Below, piece by piece: positions 23,805 through 34,213 of a DNA stretch of 34,213 bases. Every line of letters starts with the position of its first letter. Positions within the stretch are counted from its first letter, which is position 1. This stretch comes from Chiloscyllium plagiosum (taxonomy: Eukaryota), in NCBI RefSeq assembly GCF_004010195.1, contig NC_057718.1, positions 33,320,177 to 33,354,389 on the forward strand, read 5' to 3'. Position numbers and translations under genes: made by a program. The notes under the pieces were generated by a model. That model had not been told where the DNA came from. It saw only the letters and a program-made list of their open reading frames with translations, and did no database searches.

Positions 23805-24121
23805 CTGTTATCATTAAAAACCTATCTGGTTCACTCATGTCAAAGAACAACGAACAAAGAAAATTTACAGCCTAGGAACAGGCTGTTCGGCCTTCGAAGC
23901 CTGAGCCGATCCAAATCCAATGTCTAAATCTATCGCCAAATTCCTAAGAATCTGTATCGTTCTGCTCCCCACCTACTCCTGCATCTGTCCAGATGCACCT
24001 TAAATAAATCTACCGTGCCTGCCCCTACTATCTCTGCTGCAATGAGTTCCAGGCACCTACCACGCTCTGTGTAAAGTACTTTCCACATGTATCCCTCTGT
24101 AGTTCAACATTTTCTTTCACC
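23805..24121 (-). repeat. Inverted copy of 21467-21779 (CR1 3' end plus 37 bp of its flank)
   Basis: Reverse-complement match with about 10 differences by eye, extending past the CR1 tail through gacatgagtgaaccagataggtttttaatgataacag. Confidence 0.93.
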
Positions 24122-24527
24122 TGCTTACATTCTTTGCTGGCTAAGGTCCTTTCAGGCTAGAAAAATCTGTTTGAACAAGCAGCCTGACTACAGACAGAAC
24201 AATGGATGAATTCCTGGCTCTACCTCATCCTCTGTTTCTCAATCAATGCTGTCTCGAGATGTGTCTGGTAAAACCATGTTGTTGTGGAAATTTTGATACC
24301 GCTGGAAACCCCAGGGTCATGTCATGAATTTCATATTGCAGCATCACTGTCGGCCAAGTGTTTTGACAAAAGAACAACAAATACTTAAATTTCTATCATG
24401 CATTTAGCACAATAAAAAGACACTTCTTGGCAGCATTTTAAAACAAAATATGACAATAAACCAGGTGAGGAGCTAATAGTTCAGGTTATCAAAAACTTAG
24501 TTGAAAAGGAAAGTTTTAAGGAGTTGG

Positions 24528-25348
24528 TATGATCACAGTCGATGGTTATACTGGACAAGTCAGATCCCAGAAGGAAACCTGGCTTGACAGATCATAAGTT
24601 TAATTTATGTAGTTGATTAATGTGGTGGCAAGTCACTGACACAAATTCACTCAAGGCAAAAGAACAAATTCAATACCCAAAAGAAATGAACAAATATATA
24701 AATGACAATTAGAAAGATCTTAGAACAAACAACAAAACAAAGCTTCAACCTATTTTCCAATACTAACTGTTAACTCGATCCCAAAGGAAAATCACTCCTA
24801 CTTCAGCCTTCTTAAATTTTAACTTACTTTTCCTTGATTATATTTTTCTTGAACGGTGGAGGCAATTTCCAATTCTTTTCCTGTCTATTGGCATGAACTT
24901 TACACAGCTCTGATGGCGTAACCCTTCTCAGTTCTAACCCCTTAAAGATCTATTTCCAAACTTTCCTGGTTTGATTCCCCTGGTTTGGTTCTGCCAGGGT
25001 TCCCCTGAACAGTGTTGAGTCCCCTGCTAGAAGAAACTGTTCTCCCTTCTGAACTGAATCTGAACTAAAACTTTGATTCTTCTGTTCTGAAGTAAAAATT
25101 AACATAATTGCCTTAACATGTTCACTCTGTCATGAACCAAACAGTATAAACATTTTATTGTTAACACTTCAGTGTTTTCCTAGTTACTCAATCACAATTA
25201 CATGTTTTCTTGGAAGTGCTGTCCTTAGATCACTGTTCAAATGATTTTCTGACCTACTTTAAAGAAAGTATATTCACAGAAATGATCCATGTGCATCTGT
25301 CTCTATTTTGAAATCCAAATCCCAAAATGTAATACACCTTTCATCACA
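24528..25348 (-). mobile_element. Insert of about 820 bp inside L2, candidate solo LTR
   Basis: It interrupts the L2 3' region. Ends tatgat...atcaca form a near-inverted TG..CA-type terminus. No TSD was recognised. Confidence 0.35.
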
Positions 25349-25592
25349 GAATGCATAAATTGAGGAAAGCATGGAGGAGAGCAAGAGAACCTTGGGCCAA
25401 GATGTCGGCCAAGATTGGTGGAACAATTAAAATCAGGGCTGAAGAGTTCAGAATTAGATAAATGCAGATGCCTTGTGTCATTGCTGGGTTGGAGAAAGTT
25501 GCAGAGATAGGGAAGGGCAAGGCCATGGAGGAATCTGAAAACAAGGATGACGATCCTAAAATCAGCTTGTTGTTTGACTGGCAAAGAATTAG

Positions 25593-25822
25593 AGCTGAAA
25601 ATGTGTCACTGGAAAAGCGCAGCAGGTCCGGCAGCATCCAAGGAACAGGAGAATCGACATTTCGGGCATAAGCCCTTCTTCAGGAAGGGCTGAGGAATTC
25701 CTGAAGAAGGGCTTATGCCCGAACGCGATTCCCCTGTTCCTTGGATGCTGCCGGACCTGCTGCGCTTTTCCAGCAACACATTTTCAGCTCTGATCTCCAG
25801 CATCTGCAGTCCTCACTTTCTC
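25593..25822. mobile_element. Palindromic Penelope pLTR-only element with a 15-bp TSD
   Basis: Inverted arms 25591-25686 / 25698-25791. The direct repeat ctggcaaagaattag is at 25578-25592 and 25823-25837. Confidence 0.9.
25651..25686 (-). ncRNA. Minimal type I hammerhead-ribozyme motif (PLE family 1)
   Basis: Reverse strand: TTC-CTGAAGA-A-GGGC-TTAT-GCCC-GAAA-TGTC-GATTC. A mutated mirror copy lies at 25698-25731 (+). Confidence 0.6.
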
Positions 25823-26349
25823 CTGGCAAAGAATTAGGACAACAAACACAGGGATGATAGGGAATAGTGCAAGTTAAGTCATGTGCATCAGAGTTTTGAC
25901 CACAAGTTTACATAGATTAGAATGTAGAAGATGAGCCAGAAATATGTTAGAATAGTCTGGTCTAGTGGCAACAAAAGCGTGAATTAGGATTTCTGTAGCA
26001 GACAAACTGAGGTAGGGGCTAATTCAGGCTATGTTACGGAGTTGGAATTAAACCACCTTAGTGATCACATGAATATTGTGACACATGCTCATCTTAGGTT
26101 GTGAACAGACTGATTTAATCTCACAATGTTGCTTGGCAAGTGATGGAAACATTAATCTAGTATCAGAATTTGAAGCAGGGAGTGAAAACAACTCCTTTAG
26201 TCTTCCCAGCATTTAACTGGAGGAATGTTTTACTCATACATCTGTTCAGGAGTATGATAATTTAGCAACAGTCAAGGAATCAGAGAGGTGGTGGTGAAGC
26301 AGAATTGGGTGTCATCAGTGTACACATTAGGATTGTCAGCATACACATT

Positions 26350-26935
26350 AGGATTCGAGTACTTGAGCAGGGATGTCTTGCTGCAATTGTACACGGCCTG
26401 AGTGATACTATAGCTAGAGTACTGTGTGCAGGTTTGGTATCTTTACCTGGGGAAGGATGTTTTAGTCATGGAGGAATGCAAGAAAGGTTTACCAGACTGA
26501 ATCCTGGCAATGGTAGGTCTAATATATGAAGAGAGATTGGAGGTGTTAGGACGAAATTCTCTGGAATTTAGAAAACTCTGGGAGGACTAGACAAGGTAAA
26601 TATAGGAAGGATGTTCTCAAATCACTGGCAAATTCAGAACCAGGAATCACAGTTTAAGGATATGGGGTTAGCCATTTAGGATGGAGATGAGGAGAAATTT
26701 CTTCACCCAGACAGTGATGAGCCCGTGGAATTCTCAGCCACAGAAAGTGGTTAATGATAAAACATTGAATGTTTTCAACAAGGAGTTAGTTATAGCTCTA
26801 AGAGCTAAGGAGTTCAAAGGGCATGAGGAAAAAGTGGGAACACGGTACCGAGTTGAATGGTCAGCCATGATTATGTTGAATTGTGGAGCAGGCTCCAAGG
26901 GCAGAATGTCCTACAGGTGTTCCTTTTTTTAATAT
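26350..26935 (+). mobile_element. CR1 3' fragment
   Basis: MQERFTRLNPG..EMRRNFFTQTVMSPWNSQPQKVV..LNVFNKEL. Confidence 0.85.
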
Positions 26936-28666
26936 GTTCAAAATGAACTAAAGAGTAAAAAGACCATGACTACAGTTTAACAAATAGAGTTGAATTTTAC
27001 AGTTATATTTGGCTAAGACTGTGCTGTGTTGCTTTGTTTTTGGACGGTAGCCACGATAATGCCCAACAAGTTCTCTCAGATATCTGACCAAACTCACCTG
27101 ATTAATTACTTACCACGCACCATGGGTCTCTCAAGTCCAATTTCCATCTCACCTTTCCATGCACTGCTCCTAGAACAGAATGAATGAGGGCTGTGAGAGC
27201 AAGCAAAAAGCTGAAGAAGCGGGCTGGTCATGTCCATGAGCTGGGTGTATGTCCCTGAATGCTTAGTGCCTTTGCTACAGCATCACAATGATAATTGCCA
27301 GCGCAGACTGAGATTAAGCCCTGAAGTGCAGAAGCATCATTAAAGTGAACTGGACATGTACCATGAATGTTCTTAGAGGCTGGTATATTGGATGCTAATC
27401 TCAATGGACATAGGGTGCGTTGCTACTGCCCATGAAGATGCCCTGAGTTGGTGCACGATTTCCAATATACCGGTCATTTGGAGCATATGTCGAACTGAAT
27501 CTGCCAGTTGTTCACACTGTTAACCTTGCCAAGATTTCCTGATATCTCGCTTGTTTGGTGAGTTTGGTAAGATGAGAGTCTAGATATTAATGAGGCAAGA
27601 TGCAGCATTAACAAAACATTTAACAATCATAAATGAGCATCAATCGGCATATTGCTGCTACCTTGTGAGAATCTCACCACACCACTGTTAAAAAGCATAA
27701 AAGGTGGATCAAGATGTTCCTGGTCTTGAGATGGGCCTCAAGGGACTTCATCTGATTCTGCTACACATCTTGCCATAGCCCATGTTGCTCAGACCTCTTA
27801 AAACATTCTGACCAAAGACTTCTTTTGTACCATCCTAAGATCCTGTGAAACATGGGTCACTTTAATGAAACTTCAATGATTGAACTGGTTGGTATACTTG
27901 ACTGTTTTCAATGGTAAATCTCTTATATCACTGCAGCGAATGAAGTTAAAAGTTTGATTCTCTCTCAACTCATACACATAATTCCTTTGTGGTACTGTAA
28001 CACTTCTGTCATTGTTTGTTTGACTCAGAAAGAAGGGAGTATTTTTGAAAGAGATCGACAGAAAACAAATAAATGTCTTCAAGTTTACCTGAAGTAAAGT
28101 TGGCTCGAGGTAAAATATTTTACTGACTTAGGATCAAATTCAGACATCTTGTTTACTTCCTCGAAGTAAAACATTGGTCCTGATGCTGTGCTTTCCCACC
28201 TTTTATTTTATAAACAAGGAAAGGTCAAATCACAATTTTCTTGATTTTATTTTCATTTATGCAAATGTTGTTCAATACTTGCAATGATCTTGAAAACATT
28301 TAACCTCAAAGTATTTTACATTTCGTCTAATATTTGTAAAATTAATTCACTAAAATGGCATGAAGATAACATAAACTTTTACTTCCTTTAAAAAGCTGAC
28401 CGAGTATGAAAGAAGTATTCAAACCACAAGCCAAGAGAAAATGCAGTTTCATTTTTCAGTGCTTTGGGTGCATATAAAACACTTAGACATAAAAGATAAA
28501 CCTGAAATATAATTTCATTTAATTTTGGTAAAAAAAAGACTCTGGAATGCTAATATCTGACAATGCTGCCAAAACTCCAGGCAAATTCCAGAGGCAGACC
28601 TTAAGTCTATTAGCTGTACCTTATTCTTCTTTGTGAAGCATTAAAGTATATCCTTGCACCGCACTA

Positions 28667-30010
28667 CAGAGAACCTCAATTATCCGAACAAAATGGTCGA
28701 GCACTATTTCATTTGGATAATTGATTATTTGGTTAATTGATTCAATGCCTCTCCTCTGGGGCTCGGAGTTTTCTGAAGTTTCCTTTTTCCTCGCTCTGCC
28801 TGCCTTGCTCCCTCTCTCTGTCTCAGGGTTTGTTTCTGAGCAGACACACACTTGTGTGTAAGGGACCTGCTGAAGCCTCCTGCATCCCCAATCCTCCACC
28901 CCCAATCAGTTCAATGGGATTGACACAGCGAGCACTTGCTAAGTCTGCTCCCCATTCAAGAGAATAGGCAGCAGCACAATGCACATGAGTCCCCACCTTC
29001 CCAATCCTGTCCAACTCGCTGCTGTCTGCTTCCACCTCTGCCCTGTCCACCCACCCAACCCTGTCCAACCCCACCCTTGTCCACCCCCAACCCAACCACC
29101 CCATCCGCGCACCCAACCCCATCCAACACCACCCCCAAGGTTTGTTGCTTTCTCTGCAGCAGGAGATTAACTAATAGGAATGTGACCAGGAATGTCTTCA
29201 AAAGGAATTGTTCTTGCACAAAGTGCAGGTAAAATTCTTATTGCAGAAACTGGTGCTGGCAATTTGTTTAACACCAAATTTATAGAATTTAACAAACATT
29301 ATTTAATCAGAACAATGTTCTTTTTTTCATGAAAGTAATAAAAATTACTCCTATGTTTGAGCCATTCTAACATCTACCATGATGACACCAGCACAACATT
29401 GAAAATCATTGAAAATTAGAACAGCTCAGTGTAACAGCAATCTTTGATGGAACCGGGTCCTTTGATCACTTATAGCACATCAACCTTTTGTTGGTTAATT
29501 GTGTTGCTGAAAATGTGTGTTAAAAGCTTTACTCAGTGCCTCCCCCCACCCAGGCAGCCGGACTGGACACTAACAGCAAGACTGCTGCTGCCTTTGTGGG
29601 GGTGAGTGTCAAAATAGCGCACACACACACTTTTCACTGCAACCTTTTTGACAGGTTCCACCTTTGCCCTGTGCAGGACAATGTTGGAGAGATTATCTGG
29701 GGAAGGGGGGTTTAGGGTACACACCCCTGTGAAGAACTCCAGGAATAGTGTGGGAAGAAAGGGAGAGAGGGTGGGAGGCCAGTCACTTGGAGACGGTGCC
29801 TGGGCTCCCATTGATGTCCAGGACTGTTCTCGGCAGCATTTCAGTGAGCCGAGTTCATTTTTAATCATTGTAAACAAAAGACGCAATCAGAGTTTAAACA
29901 GTGCTTTGATGTAATGTTTCTAGCGGGACCTCAAGCTCTCCTTCAGATAATCCGATATTCGGATAATTGATGTTCAGGTAATTGATATTCAGATAATCGA
30001 GGTTTCTCTG
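28667..30010. mobile_element. Non-autonomous Tc1/mariner-superfamily (pogo/Tigger-like) DNA transposon, 1344 bp
   Basis: TA|cagagaacctcaattatccgaa ... ttcagataatcgaggtttctctg|TA: TIRs of about 23 bp, a TA TSD, and subterminal ttcggataat repeats. Confidence 0.85.
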
Positions 30011-30314
30011 TAAATGTTGACAATATTTTCTCAAGGATATAGATGCATTGAGGAAGATGCTAAAAAGATGCACAATGATGATAAATATAATCAGGGAAGA
30101 CTGAGGTTCTTTTCCTCCAGAAAACAGAAGACTGAGTGTTTTTCAGACAGCAGCCTTGAAGATAATGAAAGGGCTTACGTGGGGAAGGTACCCACTTTAA
30201 TTCCAAAACTAGAGTAGTAAATTCAAGGTAGACACTAATACATTAGGGAAGTCTTTAGTCAAAGAGCATTTAAAATGTGGAGCATGCTAACACAAGCACT
30301 CATTAAACATACGG

Positions 30315-30885
30315 TTTGATTTGATTCGGTTTATTATTGTCACATGTACCGAGATGCAGTGAAAAGTATTGTTTTGCGAGCTAATCAGACAAACCATACC
30401 TTAATAAGTGCATTAGGGTCTGAGAACAGAATGTAAAATATAGTATTATAGCTACTGAGAAGGTGAAGAGAAAGATCAACTCTAAAATATGAAGGGTGAG
30501 TTCATAAGTCTGATAACAGCAGAGAAGATGCTGTTCTTAAATCTGTTGGTACATGTTTTCAAATGTTTGTGTCTTCTACCTGAGGGAAGAGGGCGGAATA
30601 GATTATAACTGAGGTGGAAAGAGTCCTTGATTGTGTTGGTTGCTTTCCCAAGGCAGCAGGAAGTGTAGGTGGAATCAATGGAATAAAGGCTGGTTTTCAT
30701 GATGGACTGGGCTGCGTTTGCTCTCTATAATTTCTTGCGGTCTTGGGCAGAGTAGTTGCTGTACCAAGCTGTAATGCATCTGGACAGAATGCTTTCTATA
30801 GTGCAGCTATAAAAATTAATAAGAGTCATTGTGAACATGCTGAATTTCCCTAGCCTTCTGAGGAAGTAGAGGTGTTGGTGTGTTA
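30315..30885 (-). mobile_element. Rex1/Babar-clade LINE 3' fragment
   Basis: Reverse strand YFLRRLGKFSM..TIESILSRCITAWYSN..; LFRPLPSGRRHKHLKTCTNRFKNSIFSAVIRLMN. Confidence 0.85.
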
Positions 30886-30994
30886 AGGGAGAAAGATGAA
30901 CATTTTGAAAGGTTTGATGAATTGGGATGCAAGGAACAATGTGTAGTATATAAATGGGACCATCGACAAGATAGAATGATGTTTGTTTCTGTTC

Positions 30995-31400
30995 TTATTC
31001 ATCCCTTGAGCTGACGATAACCATGTTCGTCATCTGTGGTGTTTGGTAGGCTTTTAGTCATATTCAGGTGACCATTAGGTCCAATCTGCACATGGACAGT
31101 TTTGCTACAAATAGGATGACTGAGCTTTGGACAAGTTTCTGGCTGAGAATTTCCTATGCTTGCATTTCCCTCCATTTCTGATACATGCTTGCTTCTATAG
31201 GAGTCACACCATGCTTTATTTGGGTGCGCCAGATGCAGTGATTTTGGGCAGGCTCTTTTCAAAGTCAAGATCACAACTCCTAAGTGAAGTAATCAAGACA
31301 TCCTTGCAGCACTTCCTTTGCCCACCACAAGAAAACCTGAGAGTTTCCATCCTACAGGTCCAATGTTTTAAATCCAACACACTCATGACCGAGTCCATGC
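30995..31400 (-). mobile_element. RTE-clade LINE 3' remnant
   Basis: GGQRKCCKDVLITSLRSCDLDFE resembles the RTE C-terminal GGQRKRYKDxLKxSL motif. Confidence 0.65.
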
Positions 31401-31428
31401 CAGATTTTGGATTTTCCTAGATTTTGGA

Positions 31429-32106
31429 CATGGGATCTATAATCACACTGGACATCAGATCAGCAAACTAGACATATTCCCAGAAAACCCTGCTAAGAAT
31501 ATTTTAATTATTGGTTACTGCGATTCTTGGATCAGTGTTTAATGACAGGGGTTGACAGGAAGCGAGGGGGGTTGTTGACCATGAGGTAGTGAGCAGAAAT
31601 TGGGGAGCCCAATGTTGTTCATGCACTCCTTCAATTCCTGGGTTTATATTCAAAGAGATATTTCTTTCTTTTCTGGTAGAGGCTGGGCAGTGGTCTCCTT
31701 AAAGCTGGTTCATTATGCGGTGTGTTGTCCTTGGTGGCTACACTCAGAGCAACCTGATTGTGTAAAGGCAACAGGGTAGATAATAGGCCACTTATTGATA
31801 GCTGCAAAGACAGCGACGCCTATTTGATCCACAGACTCATTAAATGTCTGTAGCAATATTGCCGGCCATGTTAGACACCTCTGAATCAGGCGAGTCATAA
31901 AGTAAATAAATATCAAAAATGTTTGATTTTCATACAACTTTTGTTTCAACCAGCTGGATTGAACTCCCCTCATTTCCTGTCAACCCCTGTCATTAGATAC
32001 TGATCCAAGAATCGCAGGAACCAATAATTAAAATATTCTTAGCAGGGTTGCCTGGGAATATGTCTAGTTTGCTGATCTGATGTCCAGTGTGATTATAGGT
32101 CCCATG
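31429..32106. mobile_element. 678-bp fold-back element with inverted arms of about 145 bp (MITE-like)
   Basis: 31429-31573 is the reverse complement of 31962-32106 (about 9 mismatches). Ends are ga|CATGGG...CCCATG|ta. Confidence 0.7.
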
Positions 32107-32129
32107 TACAGGTACAATGATCCTGTACA

Positions 32130-32655
32130 AGCACCCATATAACTCTAAGCGTGATGCCTCAACCACATTCTCTAGATTGAGTGGAAAAAAATCATGAAAA
32201 GATAGCGTCCTTTCTGAAGGCAGCTTCACAAGCATTCAGGCAAAATGCCTGTATTGGACTTCCGAATGTCTGAAAAATCTCCCTGCCTAGTTCTAATTCC
32301 TCAATCTGAAATGGCCAATGTTTTGGGGAAGACAAAGAAAATTGTACAAAGATACTCTAAAGTTCTCCTTGAAGAGTCACAGCATTGACATTAACGACTG
32401 GGAGAAGTTTGCTACAAAGCATTAAAAATGGCACGAACTTGTCCATCCAGCTGTGGCATGTTTTGAGTTGAAAAACCTTAATGATGAGTCAGAAACAGAA
32501 AAAAAATGGAGCAAATCATGCTTTTGGATCCCATCACCTTGTGGAATATCGTGCTGCACATGCCCACAGATCTGTGGGTCAAGAATTTGTCACATGAATA
32601 ACTTACAGCCCTGAATAGATGTCATCCTCAATGTGAGGAATAGCTTAATGATGGC
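32130..32655 (+). mobile_element. RTE-clade LINE 3' remnant
   Basis: GRQRKLYKDTLKFSLKSHSIDINDWEKFATKH*KW, with tail gtcatcctcaatgtgaggaatagcttaatgatg. Confidence 0.75.
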
Positions 32656-32715
32656 AAACTTTGAAATTAAAAATCACACAACTCCAGATTATAGTCCAAC
32701 AGGTTTAATTGGAAG

Positions 32716-32750
32716 CACTAGCTTTCGGAGCACCGCTCCTTCACCAGGTG
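32716..32750 (-). ncRNA. Minimal type I hammerhead-ribozyme motif (PLE family 2), one core substitution
   Basis: Reverse strand: CAC-CTGGTGA-A-GGAGC-GGT-GCTCC-GAAA-GCTA-GTG. Confidence 0.6.
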
Positions 32751-33189
32751 GTTGTGGAGTACACAATTGTAGTACCAGGATTTATAGCAAAAGTTACAGT
32801 GTGATGGAACTGAAATTATACATTAAAAATTATACATTGCAGAGTTACATTGTACTTTTCTCAAAAACTGCATGGATCCATGTAAGACTCTGTTAACTCA
32901 TTTTTTAGATTAGAATCAGTCTAAACATTATGGCACAAACAGGGAACACGGGGCTAACACCTTTAGCATATTATCGGGCTGACACCAATTGTTAAAGTTA
33001 ACCTGAGAATGTAACTTTTAAAAAAAGGTTTTGTGATTTACATTTGAAAGAAGTGAAACTAACATGGTCATTTGAACAGATGAGAGACTTAACAAACAAT
33101 CAAGGTATTTTTCAATGTATAATTTCAGTTACATCACACTGTAAACTTTTGCTATAAATTCTGTGTCTTACAATTGTGTACTCCACAAC

Positions 33190-33224
33190 CGCCTGATGAA
33201 AGAACAGCGCTCTGAAAGCTAATG
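33190..33224 (+). ncRNA. Minimal type I hammerhead-ribozyme motif (PLE family 2), stems partly decayed
   Basis: CGC-CTGATGA-A-AGAAC-AGC-GCTCT-GAAA-GCTA-ATG. Confidence 0.55.
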
Positions 33225-33479
33225 CTTCCAATTAAACCTGTTGGACTATAACCTGGTGTTGTGTGATTTTTAACTTTGTAAAATCACAAAATGATTGACT
33301 CTCTGTACATTCCTAATGAAATGGGCCATTGCAGTTGCCTGAAAATTGAATAAAATGAATATGTAGCTATCGCCGTACAGAGGCTTTGGGGCCACTAGAA
33401 TTATCTGGAGGTGACAAATTTCTCTTAGCATTCTTTTCCCTCAAGCTGATCCAGAAGCTCCATAGATGTTAGAAGCTGT

Positions 33480-33925
33480 GAAGTTCCTGCCAGTGGATCT
33501 TATGCCCACATTCTTTGTTGGCCTCTCAAAATTGACCTCTCAAAATTGGCCAAGGTCCACTCATCCACAGCCTCAACTACCCCAGTGGAAGCCAGGGTAA
33601 AGCTGGGCAAAGTAAAAGGGATGGAGATAACACAAATTGGGTGTTTGTTCCCTTTTCCTGATTTAGCTGCAGTATAATGATAATCCTCCATCTCCTCTCT
33701 GACAAATGTTGGCCATGGTTCTCACCAACAGCAACATGACAGACTCCTTTGAGTTCAAGACAGGGATGTGTCATCACCCGCACCCTTTTCTCCATCTTCA
33801 TCACTACCATTCTTCACCTTGTCAAGAATAACCTTCTCAGTGGTGTGGACATTGTTTGCAGGACCGATGGAAACTTTTCAGTCTCAACTGGTGGAAATCT
33901 AAGAAGGAATGACACTGACATTGCT
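33480..33925 (+). mobile_element. RTE-clade LINE RT remnant
   Basis: RQGCVITRTLFSIFITTILHL..GVDIVCRTDGNF matches the RTE GVKQGCVIAPTLFSIF motif. Confidence 0.75.
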
Positions 33926-33927
33926 TA

Positions 33928-34213
33928 TAGAACATAGAACATAGAAGAATACAGCGCAGTACAGGCCTTTCGGCCCTCGATGTTGCGCCGATCCAAGCCC
34001 ACCTAACCTACACTAGCCCACTATCCTCCATATGCCTGTCCAATGCCCGCTTAAATGCCCATAAAGAGGGAGAGTCCACCACTGCTACTGGCAGGGTATT
34101 CAATGAACTCACGACTCGCTGAGTAAAGAACCTACCCCTAACATCTGTCCTATACCAACTCCCCCTTAATTTAAAGCTATGCCCCCTCATAATAGCTGAC
34201 TCCATACGTGGAA
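33928..34213 (-). mobile_element. CR1 3' end with a short tandem-repeat tail, continuing past the right edge
   Basis: ORF 34008-34205 (-) reads RGHSFKLRG..RGRFFTQRVVSSLNTLP..FKRALDRHM; the tail is tagaaca x2.5. Confidence 0.9.

Larger units (their letters stand above)
24370..26345 (-). mobile_element. Old L2 LINE (pieces at about 24370-24525 and 25350-26345)
   Basis: Reverse strand LPVKQQADFRIVILVFRFLHGLALPYLCNFLQP (L2 C-terminal motif), YADN/YTDDTQ at about 26305-26345, and an L2-like tail at about 24370-24420. Confidence 0.75.
32667..33280 (+). mobile_element. Second Penelope-like family: 3' UTR/pLTR with an inverted pLTR copy at its 5' end
   Basis: Inverted arms 32667-32830 / 33107-33273, each containing a hammerhead-like core. 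No ORF. Confidence 0.75.

Noticed and set aside
27050..27870. Possible decayed Harbinger or Vingi coding remnant on the - strand
   Set aside because: Only scattered two- or three-residue hints were seen, so no family assignment can be supported.
27873..28200. Minus-strand donor (cag|gtaaac at about 28088) and a 69-aa ORF
   Set aside because: There is no recognisable protein similarity and no paired acceptor.
1..34213. CRISPR array, prokaryotic operon or endogenous viral ORF
   Set aside because: There is no regularly spaced repeat-spacer array. Every long ORF is explained by a LINE, a PLE or the gap.

Overview
This is repeat-dense, essentially non-coding eukaryotic DNA with a 448-N scaffold gap (15494-15941). 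The HE1-type tRNA SINEs and HER1/CR1 LINE tails point to a cartilaginous fish (shark/ray); that assignment is inferred from repeat families. Most of the window is nested retroelement debris: CR1, L2, RTE, Rex1/Babar and two Penelope-like element (PLE) families whose termini carry minimal hammerhead-ribozyme motifs. There are also two TIR-bounded non-autonomous elements. The only host-gene signal is one exon (8898-9102, +) of an SLC5A9/SGLT4-like sodium-sugar cotransporter, with intact splice sites but a premature TGA and an 11-bp frameshifting deletion. The most unusual structures are local inverted duplications of composite flanking DNA: one built into the 5' junction of a Penelope insertion (7285-7810 vs 7924-8343), and one copying a CR1 3' end plus its flank (21467-21779 vs 23805-24121). 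I found no intact protein-coding gene and no clearly novel multi-gene system. Family names come from motif recognition without database searches, and boundaries of old repeats are approximate.
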